Shown here piece after piece: positions 46,801 through 52,787 of a DNA stretch of 64,000 nt. The notes below the pieces were generated by a model. It saw only the letters and a program-made list of their open reading frames with translations, did no database searches and had not been told where the DNA came from. The translations under genes and the position numbers were made by a program. The DNA is from an uncultured virus (IMG/VR IMGVR_UViG_3300042364_000900) (Duplodnaviria; Heunggongvirae; Uroviricota; Caudoviricetes): the IMG/VR virus record IMGVR_UViG_3300042364_000900; one strand, written 5' to 3'. Each line of letters opens with the position of its first letter. Within the stretch, counting starts at the first letter, position 1.

Positions 46801-49200
46801 GGCGATCGCTTCCTCATGGCCGCCAGCATCGTGGGTCAGGGCTTCGGCAGCATGACAATGGGGGCGTTGGCGTTTGGGGTAACTTCCCTCCTGAGCCTCG
46901 GCCCCGTAATCCTGACGCTGGGGGGCATCGGGTTGGCGGCCCTGGCGGTCGCGACCAACTTCCTGGGGTTACGCACCATTGTGGTGGGGGCAATTCGGGC
47001 GATCGTCGGGATTGTCCAGATCCTTGCCACAACCCTGAAGGGGGTGGTTCAGATCACTGCGGGTCTCACGAGAGTGCTGGCGGGTGCCCTCGCGATGCTG
47101 GGGGGCAACTTCGAGATGATCCATCACGGGATTGCCCAGGTGATCCAGGGGGTCAACACGATTTCGTTCGGGTTGGGTCAGGGTTTGCGAAATCTCATCG
47201 GGGGAGCCGTCCAGATGCTCCGGGGTGCATTCCAGGGATTGGGGCAGGTGGCACGCTTTACCCTGGGGGCAATCCAGCGGTCTGGAGCGTTGATCGCAAC
47301 GACATTCCGGCAGATCATTCAGTTGACCAAAGGGGTTGGCAATGCTCTCCTGAATGCCCTGACGCAGCCCCAGAAAGCTTGGAACCGATTTGTAGGGACA
47401 CTCCAGCAAGCCAAAAATGTCATCAGCAGGATCGCACAGTCCCCCCGGATTGCTGCCGATACTGTTGGGCTGGGGGCCAAAGGTAAGGCCCCCAGAATCC
47501 CGGAGAGCTACCAGATGGCTGAGTTCGATGATCGGCTCCGCAGTATCCCGTTTGTGGGGAATTATCTGGCGAATCAACAGGCCAACAACCCCGAACGTTT
47601 CAATGCACTGTCGGATGCGTTCGCCGGACTGACCGGGGTTTTGTCGGCACTATCCCCGGCGCTCGCGGCCCCATTGATGCTGTTCAGCGGATTGCTCGAT
47701 AGCGTCGTGATGCTGGCGACCTCAATCCCGATCCTTAAACCGATGATCCTTGGGTTTGCCGCCACCCTCAAGGGTATGGGGACTGCCGCCGGGTTCGCCG
47801 CCACCATGAACACGGCCCTGACGACTGCTCAAACTTTCTTGACGGGTGCCCTGACGATCGGGATGGGGGCCGCTAAAGCCTTCTGGGCTGCTATCAGCGG
47901 CCCACTCCTCCCGGTTGTCGTGGCGATCGGCCTGATTGTCGCGGGAGTCTGGGCGTTACTCCAGGCGTTCAATGTATTCGGCAGGATCGGCCAGCTCATC
48001 GGCGGAATCGTCCAGTCATTCCGGGAAGCTTGGGGCATTATTGACCGGGCATTCCGAGACGCGTTTGGCGGCATTATGATCGCGCTTAATCAACTCGGTG
48101 ATGCGATCGCGTCACCGTTTGAACCGCTGCTCCAGCTATTTGGCGCATCGGGCGGCGCTGGCCTCGCGGGCCTAATCAGCGGGACATTCCGGATAGCCCT
48201 TAACCCGATCCTCCTGGTAGCCCAAGGGATTGGGTTGGTGGTGCGGCTAATCGGTGCCGTTGTCGCCGGTGTGATCCAGGCGGGCGCATACATCACCCGG
48301 AAGCTGTTGTCACCGGTGGCGATCGCGCTCGAATGGATTATCGGTGCATTCCGGGACACCTTCGGGTTCATTGGGGAAACCCTCATGGAGGTAGGGAACT
48401 CCCTGGCGGAACCATTCGAACCGCTCCTCAATATGTTTGGAACCAGCGGCGCGGGCGGGCTGGTGGATCTGCTGGGCCGTGGAATTTCGATGCTCCTATC
48501 CCCCCTGGAGATCCTGGGGTTTGCGGTCTCGATGGTGGTGCGGCTCTTTGGAGTCGTCCTGGTGGGGGCAATCCGGCTGGTCGGGACAGTCCTGAAGCCA
48601 ATCATCTCCGTTATCCTGACGCCATTCCGGGTGATCGCAACCGTAATCCAGGGGGTTGTATGGCTGCTCCAGCAGATCCCAGCCCTCATGAGCGTGATTG
48701 CGAACGGCCTCTTGAGTGTTGTGCCCGAACCACTCCGCTGGTTGGTTGAATCCGCTCAAAAGATCACAGGGAATGGTCCCGCCGCTACGGGACCGACACC
48801 CCAGCGGTTTAGCACAGGTGGTCTCGTCACCGGGCCGTCCGGTGGCGACGTTATCCCCGCGCTCCTATCAAACCGGGAATTCGTCGTTAACCAGAACGCA
48901 ACCCGCCAGAACCTCGGGTTCCTTGAGGCGATTAATGCAGGGGTCCCGGCAGAGAAAGCCCTGGGCCTCATGCAGATCGCACCTCCCCCAATTGTCCGGC
49001 CTTCCGCCCAGGCGATCGCAGCCCCCGCCGATGCAACTCAACCCATTAGCGTTCAGGTCAACCTGACGTTCACGGGCAACATCATGGTGTCGGGCAACTC
49101 CGGGGAGGAAGTCGCATCTGAAATGATGCAACATCTCGAACCAAAGCTACAGATCGCCATCAGGGAAGCACTCCGCGATATGGTTGAACGGATGCGCTGA
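37825..49200 (+). CDS. phage tail tape measure protein (TP901 family core), 3791 aa
   Basis: FNDQMAQVKAV...AKELGASTRFSASEAA...LAQAG...LNLASAG...GLKGEMAGSAL, then long amphipathic repeats. The start may be TTG 37834 given GGAG spacing. Confidence 0.95.
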   Translation: MLVLAESERYGLFASFRFDAGTQDFAAMNRVVAGLRGIEEAARTTEQSLQSARLGQEVRRQMRSAAGSTATLERPLKTLRQEFRALRAESRNIDFGELGDTRQFKAATQQVHQYVDALESLGNQIEHNTSLEREFAAVVKRQQRIAQERIDMAEQQRKAAVAAQRLAGAQAVQQIGQAVAAPLGAMGRDSIKILSDFNDQMAQVKAVSDMTARELETVRNRAKELGASTRFSASEAASGFVLLAQAGYEVEDQLRAIDGTLNLASAGNLDLARATEITVSTLGQFQLEADKASHAANVLAMAAAMGQLDVSDIGESLKYAGVSAKRAGLSLEQTASMLALLSEGGLKGEMAGSALGQMLDGLVAPASTGAAALANLGVQTTDATGKLLPYEKILGRTIEALSKVSDESERASIQNKIFGVVGGRAAGILTPRYERIAKATAEIGKSADAGVGAAIKQSRIMEDTLGGSFRNFSSAMEGLKISLVEPLEPIIRAIIDTGSAVASFFAGLPGPIRGVISVGMGLTFVLAGLSAAIATVGIAAFGMQQAAATSSVGLLALRSSAIPLTGFFQTAMGAFSASGLAGLRRFAADLTLLPGPLGQVMVLIRGVGMAIATTPFGMAIAGFAALLALAEVLTPGFDLLGTTITLLVAPFRILGGLASGVLQGFGAAIDEISGQRLSPVAQEFAEFAKGLIDQIDSLEMSANSLGQSIGKAIAKGLAPLFTVQAAISRAIFSIWRGTITAITHAFDPLLRFARWVGNMLVSSLAENSPGPTAQIRQRWDETVQHVQDVMGQLVGTAQQVGQAVWQAFSWVAEGVARLFREVFGHLLVSRLVKQTDVLGVRIHNRVFGLLNDILTLPVELGSPATMFFDGLLARLTVVEEVLVAIAPAMRIALTGIIPVTLQSQIVDLNNSLLNYIRSLGGVEGVVMRSVGSFDLLLKVASFLFKAMARYPGLMAGLRQGLTVLGRFAGLAGLILSLADSLRTLSFLAQGLQRVLANMGVPSGWLDPVITGLNQTIQAVQNARQAFVGFARSILYGDWGSAAQQFSSAWTDSIALVQRMLGSPLLADLQVFSPGSMKSVLDDQKTWINSLQADVSLAIANPIVLLAAGIKAGKSLGKAITTGLVKQIDGVAKKFVSDFSTKLNATSGAALSVALLSLFFAPAGIPRLIAGFAPALVVALTNSGVLQKVQAWIVKGFGGLLERVDQAFGRQEWLHRLGEAFGLLDVIAKGTGTVIDTLAKSMSVRLGAAIAIVSPTVQSLINSLKEIYQIGGVPAVLQNLQVITRPLALALQQIASSIQQMGTALAGLAATSPLFRQLMASVGTAANLLMRIPLVEQLGAFAVSMGLGRRLMGMGQSAVSTAQQGGKVAINGMQQVIQLMLWIGQGVYQIAEPGGTSLKKVPSLLSRILGVASKILNPLPALVGLSGKATDAGGIPRITPVDILSQFLPEFLIPATEKAIAGTKVRKILAARQPGFEEFDPFKQRELVGRYVERLSNPLGLINTPLFGPVVMASIELVGGSLLGLIATIGLAAGALYVFKPELAKPLAGFFQVLAKGVVGLAFVLVQLGHSSRDAADSIDVLGLKLKAPGWAIATSKALNAMIRAVGAVAVAFTQVVDFALGIVPTLIRSTLLLVPIAFIGITKLMLQAIQGVLRRVRDDTKRLGDAIVAGVRQGDWSQLGSILKEAFMNALNVTLIPIARLVKYIAWDLIISPIASAVWWGLTTVGNAIGSVLLHPIRTINFLVNAIKAIGVAVASIRLVGLLQAFTRVSTVVYEFESAVGTTGVAIAAIATVASVALDPIIALVMGAVVAIGVLVQSYRDNFSVLTAVINGLQWAISSLQERMATLVQVFATPIKPLDWLFSPIANFLSGAGDKFVQWFPTILAAFVGLQVARKGLVGGFVSAFSIIAKAILSVVSAISQAITGMIRLGGKTREFSQTLEGEVMIEQARRVGRRAGQRFGLFQSNEPQAIQAERDQQFLEKSAIVRFRKSVQQTLKKTGGSLESISEEVLQQLAAKSRLDTSGVPGVVPLRELAARDSGQLEEIRDLYQQNIDNLKTADMRAQTVTLVSDKVEASNVVSITRGTTRKLSTPEDVSSLRFGAAELRALANMPGGERLRSGAGLSQEASRLETTLGEAAKRLEDIPLSVLKNLAQAVGVYQPRTSRDEDYRFLNTYKDQLDKQGLPGVQKQLLMLQILARTDQIPTPQELTKGIVSAEEALKAIHGALEHLYRAANVKGEGQADAFNQMAIDTLRGQLPFLTNQDVANVISLLDKNPNPDRIMMALQQVLDTQVDLFLQDSPIFTPVQEAAQKMEQVIQTTATEAIAQMPKGGLWAGLGKRLKVAVHDFMDSDRVRSFIENRQEQKQQRQIAAMTEQRRMRVAAIQRNSGASNQLDFLRRIGAIQDPTTQILEQRQRPVPSAPSSLPPAPPPPREYPMLPDPWEETEAERFFKGLARFTRSLRRQIPEVSEQTVEFFRTINRDGERSLERVNVVPLYRRMLMGAAGGARQALNQAATLFDRRAGIKPPEILQKPSGESPRIAGLLPAAREPVAPSQPGGNIQNPFKEIERGIWMFGTFYSTDKIKSAWKRTSDVIQNGIWPRLVNSAKQVGRKILSYIAENSPGPTAQIRQRYHETADSVVADMHHMEAAAARTGQKIKHSLVGGVGRAGVAIFGALSATGFATQSIASSLSTLGILDESTSDALFKFTELFSIVGAVGSLAAPLFGAVAATLGALIPIITTVGGAIATFLIGPIGLASGAIIGSLLLINEATKRLFGIDFIAPVVGRVMMMANAIRQPLDWAANWIEARWQQFRDRFAPILAPIVEPALEVAQQLINALNHNPTEVIPLAWEEAVQRIIGWISQLPGIGEWAAKQLNKVMQPGGVLSRWGATVKRWFSDLKQSPDGAVIAPTKKELPPLPPPPKVTAAEQWGDMMTALQRSGDPSQVLTPGLDQATYGFQFLLKSARQFGEESGAALKRLDFGALTGSAKAFGDRFLMAASIVGQGFGSMTMGALAFGVTSLLSLGPVILTLGGIGLAALAVATNFLGLRTIVVGAIRAIVGIVQILATTLKGVVQITAGLTRVLAGALAMLGGNFEMIHHGIAQVIQGVNTISFGLGQGLRNLIGGAVQMLRGAFQGLGQVARFTLGAIQRSGALIATTFRQIIQLTKGVGNALLNALTQPQKAWNRFVGTLQQAKNVISRIAQSPRIAADTVGLGAKGKAPRIPESYQMAEFDDRLRSIPFVGNYLANQQANNPERFNALSDAFAGLTGVLSALSPALAAPLMLFSGLLDSVVMLATSIPILKPMILGFAATLKGMGTAAGFAATMNTALTTAQTFLTGALTIGMGAAKAFWAAISGPLLPVVVAIGLIVAGVWALLQAFNVFGRIGQLIGGIVQSFREAWGIIDRAFRDAFGGIMIALNQLGDAIASPFEPLLQLFGASGGAGLAGLISGTFRIALNPILLVAQGIGLVVRLIGAVVAGVIQAGAYITRKLLSPVAIALEWIIGAFRDTFGFIGETLMEVGNSLAEPFEPLLNMFGTSGAGGLVDLLGRGISMLLSPLEILGFAVSMVVRLFGVVLVGAIRLVGTVLKPIISVILTPFRVIATVIQGVVWLLQQIPALMSVIANGLLSVVPEPLRWLVESAQKITGNGPAATGPTPQRFSTGGLVTGPSGGDVIPALLSNREFVVNQNATRQNLGFLEAINAGVPAEKALGLMQIAPPPIVRPSAQAIAAPADATQPISVQVNLTFTGNIMVSGNSGEEVASEMMQHLEPKLQIAIREALRDMVERMR

Positions 49201-49672
49201 CATCCTCCCCACGGCTAGAAGCCGGGGGGTTCCTGAACTGCCGTTGCCCTTTCGAGTTGCCCCTACTGAGGTCTTACACGCCATGTCCGATCCGAGCTTA
49301 CTAGAATATCCCTTGACATCTAGGTGCCCACTTCTGGATCGCTTTCCAGGCATCAATTCCCGTGTGCCCCACGGTACTCAAAGTTCTGTTTGGTTTTCGC
49401 AGTCGTTTGATCTGCTTAGCTGTTTAGAGCGTGTTCGCTACCGCTTTGCTGTTCTATTTTCCAGGCAGTCGTGTGGCACTGTTCCAGCCATATTTGTCGG
49501 GCACGTCCTGGCGGCATTTCAACCTGAAGCAACGCAATCTTAGCAGTTTTGGGTTGACCCCGACAAATAGTTGTCCGTTTCGGCTAATCGCTCCAACGGA
49601 CTTGAGAGGGGATGCTAAATCCCCATGTCTGAAGCCAGGGGCATTGCATCCCCTCTCAATCTCTCCCCTTCG
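49197..49672 (-). mobile_element. non-autonomous IS605-family element (476 bp) with omegaRNA-like right end, inserted 3' of TTAC
   Basis: Minus strand: TTAC, left-end hairpin (49602-49659), ...GAGTACCGTGGGGCACACGGGAATTGATGCCTGG..., right-end hairpin, GGATGTCAG. Confidence 0.82.
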
Positions 49673-49707
49673 GTAAGCCCTATAGACGCGATCGCATCCT
49701 GATGCTA

Positions 49708-49759
49708 AATAGTGATTACACCCCAGAATCCACAATGCTTCTGGGGTGTAATCACTATT
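49708..49759. repeat. inverted repeat with 21-bp arms
   Basis: AATAGTGATTACACCCCAGAA / TTCTGGGGTGTAATCACTATT. Confidence 0.7.
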
Positions 49760-49805
49760 ATTAATTGACGGCAATATATTGGTTTAATATAATTATATTA
49801 AGGCT

Positions 49806-50010
49806 TTGACACTCCCCACCGCATAGGCGGATGGGGATTCTTTAATCTACGAACCGACTTGCATGGGTGCAAGTAATCAAGGTTTCAAACCAGCCAGAGC
49901 ATTCCTGGCTGGTTTGAAACCTTGATTACTTGCGTCCAGAGCCGCGATGATCGGGCGGCTGATGGTTGCGAGTGCCAGAAGCCTGAGTGCGGCGTGGCCC
50001 GCCCTCGACG
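49806..50010 (-). mobile_element. IS605 right-end / omegaRNA-like remnant containing a palindrome with 29-bp arms (49869-49933)
   Basis: Minus strand AGGGCGGGCCACGCC...GCTTCTGG (tnpB tail-like) ... AAAGAATCCCC-hairpin-GTGTCAA. Confidence 0.6.
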
Positions 50011-50098
50011 GGGGGATCTTCGCTCTGGTTGCGAACAATGGGAGTCGGATCGGCGACGGGTGGAAGGTCAACGGGTTGAACAAAAAAGAAAAATGGCA

Positions 50099-50323
50099 TT
50101 AGAAGGGTGCTCCATGTAACTGCATCATTCGGCGGCTGTACGCCTCCTTTGCGATCTCGTGGAACCCTTCCTCAACATCCCGCTCCAGGCTCAACGGAAG
50201 GCTTAGTTTGGCGCAAACACGCCCATAAGCTACCGCGTCACCCCTGCAATTGATTTTTTCAGACTCGTTCAACGGTGTATCCGCCAAGCGTTCACGGTAT
50301 TTTTTTGAGTGGGTAAGTTGCAT
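50099..50323 (-). CDS. small hypothetical protein
   Basis: MQLTHSKKYRERL..., 74 aa. Confidence 0.5.
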   Translation of the reverse strand: MQLTHSKKYRERLADTPLNESEKINCRGDAVAYGRVCAKLSLPLSLERDVEEGFHEIAKEAYSRRMMQLHGAPF

Positions 50324-50439
50324 AATCAATGTGGACTCTTAGAAGGGTTCCAATCACCCCCACTGCGACGGCCTCGGAAACTGGCGCAGTGGGGGTTTTG
50401 GTTTGCGGTTAACCTCCACCGCAAGGGGCGATCGGAGTG

Positions 50440-50646
50440 CTACGAGAAATCAGACAGATCGGCCACCAGCCCCAAGGATTGCGCCGCCTCAATCAACCCC
50501 TCTTGAGAAGCAACCAGTACCGACACACCAGAATCCTTGATCGCCTGAGCCGCGATCGTCACATCCTCGAAATCAGCACCCGCAGACGGAAGATTCAGCG
50601 CTTCCGCGATCGTGCCGTCTTGAGTCCAAATGGTCGTAATAGCCAC
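50440..50646 (-). CDS. small acidic hypothetical protein
   Basis: 68 aa, GAGG RBS, 10 D/E versus 1 K. Confidence 0.65.
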   Translation of the reverse strand: MAITTIWTQDGTIAEALNLPSAGADFEDVTIAAQAIKDSGVSVLVASQEGLIEAAQSLGLVADLSDFS

Positions 50647-50698
50647 AACTTTTCCTCGCTCGATTTACCTTGGTTTGGGGCCGCCCCGTGCGCACCGA

Positions 50699-50851
50699 TT
50701 ACTCGGCGTCAAACTCGGCCAGAACCTCGTCGAGGACTTCCAGCGCCGCCAGGTAGCGGGCGCTGAATTCCTCGCGCTCCTCGTCGGTTTGGTACTGAGC
50801 ACCAATCGACTCGGCGGAAGCAAACAGAGCGGACAGGGTGGAATCGGACAT
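50699..50851 (-). CDS. small highly acidic protein (50 aa, below the ORF-track cutoff)
   Basis: GGAGG RBS; MSDSTLSALFASAESIGAQYQTDEEREEFSARYLAALEVLDEVLAEFDAE, 13 D/E versus 2 R. Confidence 0.7.
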   Translation of the reverse strand: MSDSTLSALFASAESIGAQYQTDEEREEFSARYLAALEVLDEVLAEFDAE

Positions 50852-50995
50852 GGGGTGAACCTCCAAAAAAACAACTCAACAAAACGTCCTTTCGGACTGG
50901 GATGAGTTATCTCAACAGACGGGCCTTTGTCCTCAGTCCCGGAACCCACTCCGGCGGGGAGCCTTTTTAAGGGGAGGCGCACCCCGCATGAATCT

Positions 50996-51067
50996 AAATT
51001 AACTTATTACGTTAAACCCGTCAAGAGAAAAGTTAAACTTGACTCGAAGCACTGAAAACATTAGTAT
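50996..51067. promoter_or_regulatory. back-to-back sigma70-type promoters with an inverted-repeat operator
   Basis: Leftward TTGACG-17-TAATTT (51024-50996); rightward TTGACT-17-TAGTAT (51039-51067); TTAAC-N7-GTTAA at 50999-51015. Confidence 0.7.
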
Positions 51068-51110
51068 AGACCTGTGGCACTCTACACAAGACAATCAAGG
51101 AGGTAATTCA

Positions 51111-51356
51111 GTGGTTCAAGCAGTCGTGGAAGTAATTCGCACAATCAAGGTATCTGCGCCCGAACTGGGCAAGCGCATTCGAGAGGCAAGAAAAGCCGAC
51201 GGGCGATCGGTCACCCAAATTGCTGCTGCTGCTGGGATGTCCGTCCAGAATTGGTATCGAATTGAGGACGAAAAGCAGGCATTACCAGAAGATACGCTCA
51301 GGCTAATTGAGAAGGTGTTGAGCGTTGATTTTGGCGTGAGTTTTCCGGGCCAATAA
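51111..51356 (+). CDS. XRE-family HTH transcriptional regulator
   Basis: GGAGG RBS before GTG; LGKRIREARK...SVTQIAAAAGMSVQNWYRIE. Confidence 0.88.
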   Translation: MVQAVVEVIRTIKVSAPELGKRIREARKADGRSVTQIAAAAGMSVQNWYRIEDEKQALPEDTLRLIEKVLSVDFGVSFPGQ

Positions 51357-51584
51357 AAAACGATCGCCCCCTCTCAAGACAACCACAGAACCTTGCTGCA
51401 CCAGTTTCTCGAACGCCACCCGATCGCCCGCACTAACCATCTGCACTGCCTTATCTAATGCAGCCTCAGAGGTAGCGGCGATCGCCCCTTCCACCGTGAA
51501 ATACTGCCCCGTTGGCAGCTCACTCTCAGGACGCGCTTCTACCTTCGGCTTTTGCTTCGGCCCCATTATTCCGATCTCGGTCAA
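51303..51584 (-). CDS. hypothetical protein or gene fragment downstream of the CRISPR mini-array
   Basis: Protein-like sequence, but weak start and 3' overlap with the HTH gene. Confidence 0.35.
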   Translation of the reverse strand: MTEIGIMGPKQKPKVEARPESELPTGQYFTVEGAIAATSEAALDKAVQMVSAGDRVAFEKLVQQGSVVVLRGGDRFLLARKTHAKINAQHLLN

Positions 51585-51624
51585 CTCTGCTCAGCCGTGT
51601 AGTGAGCGTGCCGAGCTGTTCGGG

Positions 51625-51776
51625 CGACTCACCCCTATGTGCGTGGGGAAGGCTGATGTAGCGCACTACTTCGATGGTGGAAGCGTAGACTCACCCCTAT
51701 GTGCGTGGGGAAGGCTAGTGAGATCATCTCACTTACCTCAGTCAAAGCGACTCACCCCTATGTGCGTGGGGAAGGC
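51625..51776 (-). CRISPR. orphan CRISPR mini-array, 3 repeats and 2 spacers, type I-E-like
   Basis: 29-nt repeat GCCTTCCCCACGCACATAGGGGTGAGTCG (minus strand; 28 nt identical in all three) at 51625, 51687 and 51748; unique spacers of 33 and 32 nt; CCCC..GGGG hairpin. Confidence 0.9.
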
Positions 51777-51935
51777 ACATTGCCCTGCCAGCATCAAAGC
51801 CTGATTGCCCCTACCTAAGTCTCGAAACCTGGGAACTATAAGGCAACAGGATAGCGATCGCTCCCGAATCTACACTATTGTAAAGAAAATAGCCAAGACC
51901 CCAGCGGGTTACAGAACACGAGAGAGCTGGGGCCA

Positions 51936-52787
51936 ATGGCTCGCACCCAAAGATTAAACCAACTGCAGGAAAACTTCTGCAACGAATACCTGGAAGACTT
52001 TGACGATCTGGAAGCAGTCCGTCGAGCAGGGTATCGATACAACAGCGATGCGGATCTAAACCGGATTGCGGGGGGGTTGCTAAGGAATCCTACGGTTCAG
52101 CAGCGGATTGCTGAATTACAACTTGAGCGAGCGCCCCTGACCGAGATGCAGAAGCGGGCCGCTCGCTACTTTGTTGTGGGGGGGTGTACCCAGACAGAAG
52201 CGTGCCGCAAGGCTGGGTATAAGGGCAATGATGCGACCCTTTGGGTTACGGCTTCGCGCCTCTTCAGTCGCCCAATGTTCAAACGGTATCTGGTGCGGCT
52301 CAACCGGATGTTGATTGAACGCTACATGGTCGATCACGACTGGGTATTTGAGCGGGCGAAGGAATGGATTGATTCCAGCAATGTCCAGATCACTGACGTG
52401 GCGGTGTTTCGGAATGGTCGAATCGACAGCATCAAGGATCTGTCGAAGTTGCCGCCCCACGTCGTCCGGGGCATCAAAAAGATTCGCCAAACCGAAACAA
52501 CCATCGGGGAAGATGGCACCCGGATCGAATACGAGATTGAGATGCGCGGCCCCGAACGCGCCGCCTTGGCGCTGATCGCCCGCCACATTGGGTTTGGAAA
52601 CGACTACAACGCTGCCCTCAATACACTTCACCGCTACGGCTACGAGGTGAAGGAACTGCCAGACGGCACCCTTGAGGGACGCCCATTTGATGCACCGCTG
52701 CCAGACAACGATCCATCCGAGGGATTCGATTTTGATGGCCTTGAGGTGCTCCCGCTGGTTGAGCTGGATCAGGAGTCTGATGCCTGA
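51936..52787 (+). CDS. terS: terminase small subunit with duplicated N-terminal HTH
   Basis: LNQLQENFCNEYL......AVRRAGY...LLRNPTVQQRI, then a second unit LTEMQKR...TEACRKAGY...SRLFSRP. Confidence 0.85.
   Translation: MARTQRLNQLQENFCNEYLEDFDDLEAVRRAGYRYNSDADLNRIAGGLLRNPTVQQRIAELQLERAPLTEMQKRAARYFVVGGCTQTEACRKAGYKGNDATLWVTASRLFSRPMFKRYLVRLNRMLIERYMVDHDWVFERAKEWIDSSNVQITDVAVFRNGRIDSIKDLSKLPPHVVRGIKKIRQTETTIGEDGTRIEYEIEMRGPERAALALIARHIGFGNDYNAALNTLHRYGYEVKELPDGTLEGRPFDAPLPDNDPSEGFDFDGLEVLPLVELDQESDA

Noticed and set aside
37919..49134. Many alternative-frame and antisense ORFs within the tape measure and other long genes
   Set aside because: Shadow ORFs of GC-rich coding sequence with no motifs or RBS.
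50880..50945. CTGAGGA and GTCCGAAAGGAC suggesting a hammerhead ribozyme
   Set aside because: The core elements are not in hammerhead order and no GAAA follows stem II.
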